Below are positions 1 to 14,675 of a DNA stretch of 64,000 nt, piece after piece. The notes below the pieces were generated by a model that did not search any database, was not told the origin of the DNA, and saw only the letters and a program-made list of their open reading frames with translations. A program made the translations under genes and the position numbers. Location of the stretch: the NCBI GenBank assembly GCA_043228905.1, contig JBHGNT010000006.1, forward strand, positions 18,724,001 through 18,788,000, written 5' to 3'. Each line of letters starts with the position of its first letter. The first letter of the stretch is position 1. This stretch comes from Azolla caroliniana (taxonomy: Eukaryota; Plantae; Polypodiophyta).

Positions 1-2700
1 TCCGTGGACCCACTGGCTTCTCCATTTTCATATTGCGATCGCCGAACATGCTAGGACTAGGGCTCGTGTCTACCTTTTGAATTATATTGACATTGTCTAG
101 ATGCCTTCGACCGTCTATTGTCATCCTGTCATTCTTCATTGAATCGACGATTGTTCTGCTGATTGTAATAATTTCTCCATTGATCATAAGATCTCCGGTC
201 ATTTTGATGTCAGAAACTTTTGTATGGACGCCGTTCCATTTCTATCCTGGCATGGTGAGTAATCACGCTCCCTTTGATAATCATCGTCCTTTCTATAATG
301 ACAATCCCTTCTGTAATCATCATGGCGGTCATTGTCCCTTCGATAATCATCGTAGTGATCATACCTGCGAGAATCCTCTTGCCGATTTTTCTCTAATCGA
401 TAACGATTCTGATACCGCAGCCGATCGTCCTCTAGAAACCGGTGTTGTTGTTGATTTCTATCTTCCATGCATTCTTCATGTGGCTGTATTTTTCTTACTG
501 GAGCTGCAACCTTATTGAGAAGATTATATTTGCATTGGTCGATCGTATGTGCCTTTGAATGGCAAATTGGACAATGCGTGTGTAATGTGCATTCTATCGT
601 AGAATGCCCCGGATTCAAGCCCGTTGTGCATTGAATTGCTTGGCGGAACCATAACTCTTCCTAAGTTGGTAAGGATTTCTGTAATGACATCATGGACATA
701 CTATTACTTGTTTGTGTTTTATCTATTATGAGTGCCTTGTCAATCACTTGTTCTCGTGATTGTTCCTTATAATTGAACACAACTAATGTCGTTCGAAGCA
801 GCTTTTAGAGTGCTGATAAGAAAGTGTTTTTCACATCTTCCTCTAGAAGAGGTTGTGCTATCTTTCTCTGAAGGTTTTGAGGCCGAATAAGAAATTGTGG
901 AATGGTCTCATGAGCTTCTTGATAAGCCGCATAGAATTGGCTCATGAGTTCTCTTTTTGGAACTTTTCTATGAAATAACGTAATAAATTTACTGGTTAAT
1001 TGTTTAAATGATTCGAACTCACCTTCTTCATGTTGCGAGTACCAATTAGCCGATTTCTTGTCGAGTGACAATCCTAATTCTGCAATCTTGGATTTGTCAA
1101 TATATGTTTCTGATAATCTTTGTGAGACATGGTTAGCTAGTCATGTCATAAGGAAAGCGCACATGTGTGCTTCTGCGTTAGCTTCACCATTGTACTTAGG
1201 ATAGGGATACGACATTGTATCCTCCTCAAAAAATTCTTCCAAATTGGTTAGGTAACAGTGCAGGTCGGACGACTCCTCATCCGAAATACGGTCGACATAT
1301 AACCCAAGAACCTCTCTTAATTCCCCTTCAGATTTTTGTCGAATTTGTTCGAAAGACACCAAATTAGTGGAATTACCTTCCTCTGCACGTCGGCTCTCCG
1401 ATGTCATGCGTGATCTTCTGCGTCCTACATGTTGGTATGTACTAGGTCGACTAGGCGACATCCATTGTCCTTGTTCCCTGTTTGTAACAAATGTAACCGG
1501 GTGTGCCAAATTATTGTGTTGTCTCTATCGACTGACAGAAAGGGTCAAACGTCTTAATCACTAAGGTCTTAATTCAACTAGCCGACCGTCTAATAGTTTT
1601 GGAGGCTTCTTCTCTGGCAAGGCCAAATGTGGTGGATAGTTTTGGAGGCTTCTTTTCTGGCAAGGCCAAATGTGGTGGATAGGTAATGGGCAGGGTATTG
1701 GGCGATGACCGACAACACGTTTTCGCTCCAATCGATAACGATCCTCATACCTCAGCTGATCGTCCTCAAGAAACCGGCGTTGTTGTTGATTTCTATCTTC
1801 CATGCATTCTTCATGTGGCTGTATTTGTCTTATTGGAGCTTCAACCTTATTGAGAACATTATATTCGCACTGATCGATCGTATGTCACTTTGAATGGCAA
1901 ATTGGAAAATGTGTGAGTAATGTGCATTCTACCGTAGAATGGCCCGTATTCAAGGCCGTTGTGCATTGAATTGCTTCGTGGAACCGTAATTCTTCCTAAG
2001 TTGGTAAGGATTTCTGTGATGACATCAGGGACATACTATTACTTGTTTGTGTTTTAGTGATTGTTCCTTAAAATTGAACACAACTAATGTCGTTTGACGC
2101 GGCTCTCGGAGTGCCGATAAGAAAGTGACTTTCACATATTCCTCTAGAAGAGGTCGTGCTAACTTCTTCTAAAGGTTTAGGGTGAAATGTCTTAATCACT
2201 AAGCCCTTCTATCAACAGATTGTGGTTGGAGATGTGATGTTTGCTTACTCCGACAGTTACTTACTCAAAACATTACATAGATAGCAATTTACCATATTTA
2301 ATTAATAATATTATGACATACGAAATTGATCAACTAATACTTATAAATACAATCTGTGTAATAGAGAAAATGAACAAAGCATACGACACATCATCTACTG
2401 TGACTACCAAACTTATATTAATATAAACAAAAACAGATCGATAATGATACAATGCTCTCAGTTCCTTTTTATAGGCGACTTGAGACACTCTTCCAAGTTA
2501 ATACACTTGCCTATTCGGCAAGACCTTACAATTACACTAACTGTTCTATTCTATTTTTTGTACTTGGCAAAAATTACTATTTTGGCTACTTCCTTTTGAC
2601 ACTATCTTTTATTACTCCGACTCCGACTAGTGTAATTCAGCTAGCCGACTAACTAATAGTTTTGGAGGTTTCTTCTCTCGCAAGGCCAAATGTGGTGGAT
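1..2700 (-). mobile_element. Degenerate Ty3/gypsy 5' fragment (gag, PBS, LTR pieces) with an internal duplication
   Basis: Gag pieces 1141-1509 (MSYPYPKYNGEANAEAH), 805-1071 and 199-618 (CPICHSKAHTIDQC knuckle) match gag of the 43139 element. PBS TGGCACACCCGGTTACA on minus at ~1492-1508. About 1711-2175 re-copies about 395-870. Confidence 0.8.
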
Positions 2701-2708
2701 ACAATACC

Positions 2709-5700
2709 CCAAGAGCTTGCTAGATGAGGAGGCGCGTCGGAAAGATAAAGATACGAGCTCCGACTCCAAAGCGCTCCTTACCGAATCGGAACGCGGAAGA
2801 CATAGAAACCGTAGTCCCCAGAACCGGGAGAAGTCGGGGACACAGTCAAAGTCAAGGGGGAGGCCCACTTGCTTCTATTGCGGCAAGCCGGGACACTTCC
2901 AAAAGAACTATCGGCATTTCTGAAAAGATAAGGAGACCGACGGTATGGATTCGAAGCGGACCCCGGACCGGAACGGTAAAGACCGGAGGGGGCCGGACCG
3001 GAAGGGAACGACGGCAATCGCGGCAAGTGAAGAAGAGTTGATGCTCATCACCGAGGAGAGTGAGATAAACCTTGTCGGCGACGAGATGACCTGGGTGGTA
3101 GACTCCGGAGCATCGTTCCACCTTACCCTGGACCGGAAATGCTTCTCATCCTACTCAGCCGGTGATCACAGCTGTGTCCGGATGGGGAATGAAGGTACAT
3201 GCCGAATTGTCGGCATAGGAGACGTGTGGCTGTGGACACCAACTGTATGCAAGTTGCTGCTGAAGGATGTCCGACACGTTCCGGAGGTTCGTCTGAACCT
3301 AATATCAGCCGGTCGGCTAGATGATGAAGGCTACACGGGTAGCATCCGGAATGGTGTCAGGAAGTTCAGCAAAGGGAGCCTAATTGTGGCTCGGGCCTGG
3401 AAGGTCAACACACTATACCTGATGAGTGCCCGGTTATGCCCGGAAGAAGTGAACGTGGCTTCCGACACTGCCGGTGAGCTGTGGCACAAGAGGTTGTGTC
3501 ATATGAGCGAGAAGGGGATGAAGAGGCTTGCAGACGACAACCTCATTCCAGTGAAGAACGTGCACTTAGAGAAGTGCACTGATTGTCTGGTCGGTAAGCA
3601 GAATCAGACCTCCTTCCGACCAAGGCCAACGATCAGACGTAATGCACCACTAGAGTTGGTGCATATGGATTTGTGTCAAGTAGACACGAAGTCACATGCT
3701 GGAGCGCAGTACTTCGTGACGTTCATAGATGACCACAGCCGGAAGTTGTGGGCCACACCGCTGAAGACGAAGGATCAAGTGCTATCCGTCTTCAAAGAGC
3801 TCCACGCGAGAGTGGAAAGAGAAACCGGCCGGAAGCTGAAGGCGGTTCGAGCAGATAACGGAGGAGAGTACCGGGGGCAGTTCGAGGAGTACTGTCGCTC
3901 GAAGGGAATTCGGCTCGAATTTACCGTGCCGAAGACGTCGGAACTAAACGGACTGGCCGAGAGGATGAACCAGACCATAATGGAGAGGGTCTGGAGTATG
4001 CTAGCACATGCAAAACTACCCAAGAAGTTTTGGGCTGAGGCACTGTCGACGGCGACATATGTGATAAACAGATCACCCTCAGTACCCTTGGACGGAGACA
4101 CGCCACAGAGAGTATGGACCGGTAAGGAAGTTTCCTACCGGCCTCTGAAGGTGTTCGGGTGTCTCGCTTACGTGCATGTAGCTAAGGACCGGAGAGGAAA
4201 GTTAGATCCAAAGACCCGGCCATGCATATTCCTCGGTTATGGTGACGATGAGTTTGGCTACTGAGTGTGGGACCCGGTCGACAAGAAGGTATTCCGGAGT
4301 CGAGATATTATCTTCATGGAGGACAAGACGCTCGCCGACTGGGAGTCAGAGAAGAAGATAATGAACTCCGAGTCGACTGGTAAGGATAGACTGTACGATG
4401 AGTAGACCCAACCGACAAGAGACCGGTTAGCACTCGAGGAACCAGCTGGTTACGGTGAGGATACTGAACCGGTAGAAGAAGAAGTAGAGGAAGTTGAAAC
4501 CGGAATTGGCCAAGACCCCGAATCGGATTCGGATGAAGAGCAAGTGGTGGAGCCGGTTACCGAAGCCCGAAGACGGAGATATCCTCTCAGAGAGAGAAAG
4601 CCCCCCCGGAGATTTCCGGATGCAAAGCATGTTCTGCTGACCGATGAGGGGGAGCCGGAAAGCTTCGAAGAAGCGAACCCACAACCGCAAATGGTTAAGT
4701 GCCATGCAGGACGAGATGGATTCCTTGCACGAGAACCATACGTACGAATTGGTGGAGTTGCCGAAAGGAAAGCGGGCACTCCGAAACAAGTGGGTGTACA
4801 AGTTGAAACCGGGAGATACCGGAAACCCCCCGAGATACAAAGCCAGGATCATGGTGAAGGGGTTCTAGCAGAAGAAGGGCGTGGACTTCGACGAGATATT
4901 TGCCCCGGTAGTAAAGATGACCTCCATCCGGATGGTGCTGAGTATAGCGGCAAGCATGGACCTTGAGGTAGAGCAGCTGGACATGAAGACGGCATTCCTT
5001 CACGGCGACCTCGAAGAGGAGATCTACATGCAGCAACCGGAAGGATTTGTGGAGAAAGGGAAGGAGCACCTGGTATGCCGGGTTAAGAAGAGTCTCTACG
5101 GGTTGAAGCAGGCCCCCCGGCAATGGTACCGGAAGTTCGACGCCTTCATGACCGATCAAGGGTACCACAAGACACAAGCCGATCACTGTGTGTTTGTGAA
5201 GAAGTTCGAAGGAGGCGACTTCCTAATACTCCTTCTGTACGTGGACGACATGTTGATCGTCGGACGGGACCAAGTCAAAATACGGATGCTGAAGAAGGCT
5301 CTCAACCGGACCTTCTCAATGAAAGACTTGGGTCTGGCAAGACAGATGCTGGGGATGCACATCATTCGGGACCGGTCAAAGAAGCAATTATGGCTGTCAT
5401 AGGAGAAGTACGTGACAAAGGTGCTTCACCGGTTCAACATGTCAGAAGCGAAACCGGTCGGATCGACACTTCCGGCAAACTGCAGGCTATCCGGTAAGCA
5501 GAGCCCAAAGACTAAAGCAGAGAAGGCGGATATGATGAAGATTCCATATGCCTCTGCCATTGGGAGCTTGATGTGTGCAATGGTGTGTACCCGTCCGGAT
5601 ATAGGATACGCAGTCGGAGTGGTGAGCCGGTTCATGAGCAATCCCGGCAAGGAGCACTGGAACACGGTCAAATGGATACTTTGGTATTTGAAGGGCACTT

Positions 5701-6215
5701 CAAATATGTGTCTCTGATTCGGCTCAGGAAAACCTCAACTGGACGGTTTCACCGATTCGGACATGTCGGCTGATGTGGATACCAGCCGGTCTACATCCGG
5801 GTATGTAATGACATATGCAGGGGGAGCTGTTTCGTGGCAGTCGAGGCTGCAGAAGACGGTTGCATTGTCAACCACGGAGGCGGAGTACCTTGCGGCTGTG
5901 GAAGCCGGCAAGGAAATATTATGGATGAAGGACTTCATCGGAGAGCTCGGTATCCGACAAGAGGAATACCGACTCTATTGCGACAGTCAAAGTGCCATCC
6001 ACCTTGCTAAGAACGCGGCCTACCATTCCCGGACGAAGCATATCCAGCGGAGGTATCACTGGATCCGGAAAAGAGTAGACGACCAGGAGTTCGCACTGAC
6101 GAAGATCCAAACGGCCGAGAACGGGTCAGATATGCTGACCAAAGTGCTGACACCCGACAAGCTGGACGCATGCCGGAAGAGGATCAGACTGGTAAGACAC
6201 CCCATGCCGGAGTGA
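2709..6215 (+). pseudogene. Copia gag-pol polyprotein, disrupted
   Basis: ORF pieces 2690-2923, 2945-4264, 4644-4868, 4881-5402, 5412-5717, 5763-6215 are colinear with the 20816-23302 ORF. Confidence 0.9.
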
Positions 6216-6225
6216 AGGGGGAGTT

Positions 6226-7085
6226 TGTTGGGAGACAGGTCCCTCCGGATGGGAAGGGAGAAGAACAATGCCGATGAACAAACTCGGCCGAGGCCGAAAC
6301 CGTATGAGGTGGACCCAGCTACGGAGAGCAGGATGATATAGACCCGGTGAAGAACGGATGAGGAGTACTCGGCTACGGAGAGCCGGATGATATAGACCCG
6401 ATGAAGACCGGATGAGGAATACCCGGCTATGGAGAGCCAGATGATACAGACCCGGTGAAGACCGGATGAGGAGTACTCGGCTACGGAGAGCCGGATGATA
6501 CAGACCTGGTGAAGACCGGATGAGGAGTACTCGGCTACGGAGAGCCAGATGATACAGACCCGGTGAAGACCGGATGAGGAGTACTCGGTTACGGAGAACC
6601 GGATGATACAGACCCGGTGAGAACCGGATGAAGAGACATATTCGTAAATATGTTTCTGAGAGTCCATCGAGGCTATATTTGTAAATAGCCGAAAAGTCAT
6701 ATTAGTATAAATATGACTTAGGGCAAACTTCTTAGTATGTGGTTGTCATTCTTGTTGGAAAAGAAGAGAGAGAGCGCGTAACTGTGTACAGAGAGAGAGA
6801 GAGAGAGAAAGAGGTCGTTGCCTCTGTTGTAACCGCCGCCTGTGGCGAAGATCTGTGAGCACGAGGTCGTTGCCTCAATGAACTCACTGTTGTACATTCT
6901 TACATAGTGACAGTTTGCAGCCTGTGGGCTGCCGTGGTTTTTCCCCTAGTTTGGGGTTTTCCACGTAAACCTTCTGTGTATATTCCTCTTCTTTGTGTCG
7001 TGTTTTATTTCCCATTTTTTCTGTGTATCATTCTAAGCTCGGTTGTGGCCGAGCGTTGTGCATAAGGAGCGTTGAGTTCCCGCCA
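6226..7085 (+). repeat. Copia 3' LTR with six 54-bp tandem repeats in U3
   Basis: Starts TGTTGGG, ends CCCGCCA. 54-bp units begin at about 6331, 6385 and onward to 6601. Homologous to LTRs at 20040, 24891 and 60481. Confidence 0.9.
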
Positions 7086-8404
7086 GTCCCTTTGCAACCT
7101 TGGCATATTCGCGTATGCCATGGTCCAGTAACCAAGCTTGCAGTTGTGCAGAGATCTCAGTCATTTCTTCATCTGTGAGTAAGGGCTTTCTATGCCGGAG
7201 TTGTGTCCTTTGACTGCTGAGAGGGCTTTGTTGCTTATGTGCTCCTTGTGCTTCTTCTTCATAAGAAATGTGATTGTTGTTCAGAGTTTCTGTTTTTAGG
7301 GGCTGCCTCATATCCCGAGTAACCACAACGTACCCTACATTCAAGATCCTCCAAGCCATTAACCACCATGCACGAGGAAAGAATTGTACTTGCTTTTCTT
7401 GGGGCCCGTGCATACATGATGTCTCTCTAAATAGCTCTAAGTGTCCCCAGTTTTTTTCTTTTTTCTTTCAAAAATTGATAAGCTTGGATAACAACAATAT
7501 ATAGGTATAGTATAGGAATATTATATTTTTCTCCTATTCGGCTTCAGTTAGAGAGGGTCCACCACCCGAGGTTGATTCTTGTGGAACTTTGCCAGTTTCA
7601 CTTCCATTCTCCTCTAAGGAATTTTCTTTGTCGGCCACGTGGTTTCTGTCTGAAAAGGGGTTAGGGGGCATCGGCCTAGCATATGGCTTGAGTTGTAAGC
7701 CATTGACCCACTTCGGCAATATTTCGCTAGCCAATATGCCCAGTTGATAGGCCCCTTTGACAATGTTTGTAATCCAGTAAGGTCTCGTCCATCGGAACTT
7801 CAGATTCACCGGCATTCGTCCCATTTGGGTCTACAACACAAGAACCGCCTTGTCGATTCCAAATGATTGCTCATTTCCTTTTTTGTGGTGATCGACAAAG
7901 GCCTTCCGTCGGCATTGGTCTTGCTCTAGCTGCCACATGCTCAGTAATCGCCCTTGTTTTAGTTCCAATAATTTCTCGGACGCAGTGGCTCGGGACCTGA
8001 AACTCGATTGGCATAACAACCTGTAGTCCAAAAGCGGGCTAGAATGGGGTCGATTGGATACTAGTCTTGTAACTTGTTTGATACGCCCAAAACACCCTCT
8101 ACAGCTTCGTATCCCAATCTGTGTGGTTGTTGTTGACGATTTTCCTTAAGATAGTCTACAGTGTCTTGGTCATTCGTCTATGGGTAGTAAGGGGTGCTTT
8201 TCTTGTGTATGAAGGCGTAGTGGCCTGTTAACTCCTACACCACCTTGTTGAGAGAGTGACCAACTTGGGAAACTGAATCTACATCATATGTTTTCGTATA
8301 AAAATTTGGTTGTCTACGCAACCATATTGTTTCTTCTAGCCCGTCCACAAATTCATTGGTGGCAATGCCATAGTGAGGAAACATAACATGCCATGTAACC
8401 ACTT

Positions 8405-10015
8405 TGTTGAGCGAGCAAGCTCAACATGATCCGGATCATCTAAATAAGCCAAGAGTTAGATTGGTGTCCGGAATGAAAAGTCAGATTGGAGGGAACCTGA
8501 TCAGTGTCCGGATATGAGTGCAACCGGTAGGCCGTTAGAGGCCTATGATCCTAACGTAGTACGTAGGCATATTGTTGGGAGTCAATGTTAGTCACTCAGT
8601 ACGAGCATTGAAGTACTTGTCAGTCCCTTTAAGGACTTGTATAAAAGTGTTGTCTAAACACATTATATGTACAATGTATTAAGTTTATGTTCTGCTCTCT
8701 CTATCTCTCCCGCATAATGTGTATTTTCAAGCTTCCATTAAATCTTGTCTCTATTTTTCCTATTGCTATTCGGCTGAGCCGGTTTGTCTATGCTTCCGCA
8801 CATTAGCTTTTAAATGGTATCAGAACGTGAGGGTTGAAAATTCTTTGTTGCCGACAGAAAGCACTAGTTAGAAGAAAACCTAACTTCTTGTAAAGAACAG
8901 ACAGAAGAAGGAAATGGATAGAGGAATGGCTAGCTCAATACAAATAACTACGCATCTTGGCCATACAAGATGCACTTGTACTTGCTCGGGCATGGATACT
9001 GGAGCTATGTCGAAGGAGCGAATGAAGTAGCACCGGAGCCGGCACACAAGGACTTCCCGACATGGGAGCCAGGAGCGAGCAGAGTGTTGTACTACCTCGC
9101 GTCCTATGTGCACGATCAAATGCTCAGCAACATCAAATACGCAAAAATGTTGAAAGAAGCCTGGGAAAATCTGAAGAAGATTTTTGCGGCAAGTACCACG
9201 GCCCGTAAGTTGTAGATCCAGCAAGAGCTCAACAACATCTGACAAAGGGACATGTCGGTTATAGACTAAACCACTAAGATAAAGGAGATTTGTGACGTGT
9301 TGGGATCCATCAACGTGATGATTGACGAAGACGAGATGGTCCAGATCTACCTCGATGGTCTAGCACAGATTTACCGGCCGATCAAGACAGCGATTTGCAC
9401 CCGAGAGAAGCCATCGTCCTTCTTCGACTTGCAATCGATGTTGATGTTCGAAGAAAACCACTCGAGTGGGGCGAGGACTACTCAATTCAACAGTCGGATG
9501 TTATACACGGAGGTGGATCGGCACGCAACAATGGCGGCGGACAAGGCACAGAGATAGTGCCACAATAGTTCCAGACCCTCCACGAGCTGGGGGGAGTCAA
9601 GGCGGTACTCGAAACCGGCAATCAAAGACCGACCTAGAATGTTGGTATTGTGGCCATAAAGACCACCGGGAGAGTGACTGCTAGAAGAAGCGCACTGATT
9701 TAGACAAATCCAAATCTGGCAAGACCAAACAAGGGAATTGGCAAAGTTCTGACTACGTAGAGGGATCAAAAGAATCTAGAACCGGAAAGACCGAAAAAGG
9801 GCCAACCTTTGAGATGAAGCACAAGGCGAACACGATGATCAAGAACACCTCCAAGTTGGAAGAAGTTTGGTATGTTGACTCTGGGGCGTTGAACAATATG
9901 ATGAGCCATGAAGAGTGGTTCTCGTATCTGGAGAAACCGGAGCAACCGGGAGTGGTCAAAATTGGAGACGACACTCCACACCCGATTGAACATGTCGGTG
10001 AAGTTCCCTTAAGTC
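8405..10015 (+). mobile_element. Ty1/copia 5' fragment of a second family (LTR, PBS, gag, protease)
   Basis: LTR from TGTTGAGCG at 8405 to about 8812, PBS TGGTATCAGA (tRNA-iMet type) at 8815, gag LLGHGYWSYVEG, knuckle CWYCGHKDHRESDC, protease WYVDSGA. Truncated near 10015. Confidence 0.85.
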
Positions 10016-13000
10016 TTGTCGGCCATTTATTTTCGTACAAAAATTTGGCTGTTGATGTTGCCGTATTGTCTTTGGGAGGTTTAGCTTCTACCCACTTTGT
10101 ACAGTAATTTGTGGCTGCTGGTTTAAATGGACCAACAAAATCGAATCCCCATTTTTGAAATGGCTCCAAAGGCAAATTAGGTTGGAAAGGCATTCTGTCC
10201 TTTTATGTGGGTTGCCCTAGTCGCTGACATAAATCACATTTTCGACAATAGTCGATTGCATCCTTCATTATTGTCGGCTACCATAAGCCTTTATTCCATA
10301 TTTTTCGGGCTGTAGTTTCTCTGGCGTAATGAACACCTGCAATACCACAATGAGATTCTCGGAGAATTACCGATTTCTCAAATTGTTGTACTGCCCTTCT
10401 CCAAATTCCGTCTGCACCTTTATGATAGAGAGTGTTGTTCAAAAGACAAAATTTCCGACTACAAACGGCTAACCTTTTTCTTTCATCCGCCAATAGATGC
10501 TCAGGTGGTAATCCTGTTGTAATAAAGATTGTCATCTCGGAGATCCAAGAATCCTCGCTTTCTTCATTTATTTCCTGTACCCGTACTACTTCCACTCGAA
10601 AGAGTTGTCCATCCGGAAAATCGTCTCTCACACATGTGCCTTCTTCTCCCAACTCTAGTTGGCTAAGATAATTAGCAATCGCATGTTGTACCCCTGGCCG
10701 GTGTAATATGTCAAACTCAAATTCTTGCAGTGGTAGCGTCCATCGTGCTAGCTTACCAGTTAATTCTTGTTTAGAGACCAAATAGAGGAGAGCAGAATGA
10801 TTGACATGGAATGTAAATTTCTTACCCAAAAGGTAGTGGCAAAATTTATTGACACTATAAATCATTCCTAACGCTTCCCTCTCAGTTGTTGAATAATTCC
10901 TTTCCGCTGTCGAGAGTTTCCGACTAGCGTAATACACTGGTCTATACCAGTTTGGTTCGGATAACAACATAAGTGCACTACCGATTGTTATATCCGATGC
11001 ATCAACAAACACATGGAAGGGTTTATTGTAGACAACATTTTCTTGAGGCACTCGTATGCATCCTGCTCCACACTTGTCCATTGAAAAGGAGCTTTATGCA
11101 CTGCTGTGTGTTGAGGAATGGCAACATCTGCAAGATACCTAATCATTCTGCTATGCCATCTAATCTGCCCCAAGAACCGACTAAGGCCCTTAGCGTTTGT
11201 AGGTGTTGGTGCTTCTAATATGGCTCTGACCTTGTCTCGGTCAACTGCAATTCCTTCTTGGCTGACAATATGGCCTAACAGTGCTCCACTGGTAACTCCG
11301 AATGTGCATTTTGCCGGATTCAAGCTGAGCCGACCTTTCTGACATTGCTCCAAGCATAGTCGTAAATGTTCAGATGTCCGACTAGAAACGGCAAAATCAT
11401 CCAGGAAAACTTGCATAAATGCGGGAATGTATTCCGCAAAGATTTCCTGTATAACCCTTTGAAATGTGGTTGGAGTTGGTTTTAATCCGAACATCATTAC
11501 TATTGCCACAAACACTCCCCATTCCGTAACGAAGGCTGATTATAGCCACTAAATCCATCCAGGAAACTATACATTTCATGACCAGCTACTACATCCAATA
11601 TACCATCCATAAATGGTGATGGAAATGCGTCTGTTACTGTTGCCGCATTCAGTTTCCGGTAGTCGATGCATACCTAAAATTTCCCATTCTTTTTCGGAAC
11701 GACTACAATCGGACTCAACCATGTAGCTTTTTTTACAGGTCGAATAAACCCTACCTTTAGGAGTTTATCTATTTCCTCTTTAACTTTAATTGCATAATTA
11801 GGATTTAAATGATACCTGCGTTGTTGAACTGGTTTCGCATCTTTATGCAAGTTAATTTGGTGTTGGCAGAAAGTTGGATCTAGCCCTTTCATGTCTTCAA
11901 AAGACCAAGCAAAGACATCCTTATATTGCTTTAGTAACCCAATTAACCGTTGCTTATCTGCCACCATCATATCTTTAGCAACCAGCACTATTTTCGGCTC
12001 AAGCCCATTATCGTCTTCTGCCAAATTTACTGCCTCTAATGCCGAAATTTGGACCCGTTGAGATACCTTCATTTCTCTTTCGGTAGCTTCCTTCTACTTT
12101 TGGATTTCTTTCATTATTTGCTCATCTAGTGGTAACTCCTTTTGTGAATCCACGTACGGTGTTAGGGCTTGTAATATGTCTACTTCGAACAAAGGAATAA
12201 TTTTTGGGTTATCATTAAAATAATGATTCTCTTCAACCTCATCTAGTCCTTCCATCATATTTACGGCCTCCACATGAATTGGCAAACATTGTTTGCTCAT
12301 CGTAATCTTATTCTCAGTAGACACCCAAATTTTCGTCTTGCCTTTTCGAAATGTCAATAAATTATGATTCCAATTTTGCTTAATATTAGCTTTTTTTAAC
12401 CATGGTCGACCTAATAGCAAAGGATATGCCCCAGGAGCTTCCAAATGAAGCACCACTGCTGATATTTGAAAAGTGTGCCCACCTAACACGACATCAACTA
12501 TTGCAGTAAATTGATTGGTTGTACCGTACTGGTATCGGTCAGCCTCAGCCAAAATGGACATGCTTCCCATTTGGTAATGCCAAGCCTATCACAAGTAGTT
12601 TTATTAATTACATTAACTCCTAAGCCACCATCGACAATAGCACCTTCTATTTCTTGACCATGGATTATTACTTTAATAGATGGATTTTGCTCATCCACAA
12701 TTGAAGGACTATTATTTGGTTGATTATAGTGGACAACTACTTGTTCTGTCCCTTTCTGGGCAATCAACATTGCCACTTTCTCTGTGAACCGATGAACTAA
12801 TTTGAGTAATCCCATCAAAGGTAATGACACTTGGCAATCCGCCAAAATTTTCCAAGTTTCCTCTTGTTCTGGTACGACCATAGCTCTGGGCAGTTCATTA
12901 GTTTGATTGATCTCATTGTCTTGGAGCATTTGGGACACATTATTTTTATTTGCTTCTTCTACCCATTCCTTGGTTGCTTTCTGGATAGCTTCTTGAATTT

Positions 13001-14049
13001 CCCACTCTACTTGTTTACTTTTACTTTTGGTGGTCACTTGCTGAATTTCCGGCATGATCATATGCACAACAGGTGTTTTTCCTTTTCATTTAGACAGACA
13101 TTGATTTGCATAATGTCCATCTTGTCGGCGAATATAGCAAGTAGGAACAAATGTTCCACTTATTTTGCCTTGCACAAATTGATGATTTCCATCCTCATTA
13201 GAATCTGGAGGTTGTTGAAATTGTCGTGATGCTTTTTGCTTATAGAATTTTTTATTCTTATAATGATTTTGTTTAAACCAACCTCCATTTTATTGTTGAC
13301 GATCGTTATCTTGTGCTGCCGAAAAATCTTGATTCTGTTGATAATTATTTTGCCGAGCGGTTTCTTGGTACCCATTATTGAACATATTTCGGTTATGCTG
13401 GTACCCATTTTTCGAAAAAATTTGTCGTACCGGTGTCGTTGTTTTGTTAAGTAGATTATATTCACATTGCTCGATTGAATGAAGTTTAGAATGACATATT
13501 GTGCAATGTGTTCGTAAACTACATTCTATTGCCGAATCCCCAGTATTCAAACAAATAGTACATTGAACTGCTTGCCGAAACTGCAACTCCTCCAGAGTTG
13601 GCAACGTATGCTGTAATGCCGACATATCCATACTCCTTACATTTTTCGGATTCCGGCCCATAGCGATTGCCTTATCCATCACTTGCTCGATCGTCTGATT
13701 CCGGAAATCGAACACTGGTAATGTTGTTCGTAATGGTTCACGAATTGCTTCAAGGAATACATCCTTCAATTCGTTGTCCAGAATAGGCCTGGAAATATGG
13801 AGTTGTAAATTCTGAAAACGGATGACAAATTAAGAGACCGTTTCATGCGGCTCCGGATATAAAGCATAAAATTGAGCTATCAGATCCTTCTGAGGAATCT
13901 GACGAGGAAATAATTGCAAAAATTTGATGGTTAATTTTTCGAATGCACGGAAACCATTTTGCGCAAACCAATTAGCGGACTAACCATCCAATGACAAAAC
14001 AAACTCAACAATTTTAGATTTGTCTTCGGCTGCTGCCGATAGCCTTTGA

Positions 14050-14675
14050 TGTTAAAAAAATTGGCGCTTTCCGAAACCTTCACCTCTCGGCCACAACCGA
14101 GGAAACACGAATCAATGCAGCAGTAAATCGAAAACACAGAGAGAGACTCGAATGCACAGGGTTTAGCGTGGAAAACCCTAGACGGGAAAAACCACGGGAG
14201 TGCAAGACTCCAGCTATCACTATACGCAGGGAATGTACAATGGCGAGCTGCAAGGCGACGACCTTGAGCTCACTGTCCTCGCCACAGGCGGCGGTATTAC
14301 ACAGAGGCGTCGACCTCTTCCTTTCTCTCTCTCTCTCTCACTCTCTCTCTCGGCTGCTCTCACTTCGCTCCCTCTAAGTGGAAAACAGAAAAATGAGCAA
14401 CAACTACAAAACTGTTTGCCCTAAGTCATATTTATACACATATGACTTTCGGGCTATTTACAAATATAGCCTCAAGGGGCCTTGGCAAACATATTCACAA
14501 ATATGTCCCCGCATCCGGATCTCTCTCCGGGTACATTCGTCATCCGGCTCCGTAGCCGGGGTCTTCATCATCCGGATCCGGAACCGGGTCTTCATCATCC
14601 GGCTCCGGAACCGGGTCTTCATTCCCGATTCCCGGACATCCGACCATCCCATCCGGAGGGACCGTAATCCCAACA
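14050..14675 (-). mobile_element. Copia solo LTR with TSD TTTGA
   Basis: TG...CA ends, TTTGA at 14045-14049 and 14676-14680, homology to the Tnt1-like LTRs. Splits the gypsy gag. Confidence 0.9.

Larger units (their letters stand above)
2709..7085 (+). mobile_element. 5'-truncated Tnt1-like Ty1/copia element, copy 1
   Basis: Gag knuckle CFYCGKPGHF, protease WVVDSGAS, GAG-pre/integrase WHKRLCH..FIDDHSR, RT LLYVDDM, RNase H ALSTTEAEY in copia order. PPT GAAGGGGGAG at 6214-6223, then 3' LTR. Several stops and a frameshift. Confidence 0.95.

Noticed and set aside
6310-6640. Regular repeats resembling a CRISPR array
   Set aside because: Head-to-tail units without unique spacers, inside a eukaryotic LTR, and no cas genes.
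6056-6700. Repetitive ORFs across the copia LTRs (also 20425-21024, 20478-20861, 60880-61449)
   Set aside because: They arise because the 54-bp unit is 18 stop-free codons in several frames; there is no independent sign of coding.
6933-6967. GTGGTTTTTCCC...GGGTTTTCCAC hairpin in copia LTRs
   Set aside because: A common motif in plant copia LTRs.
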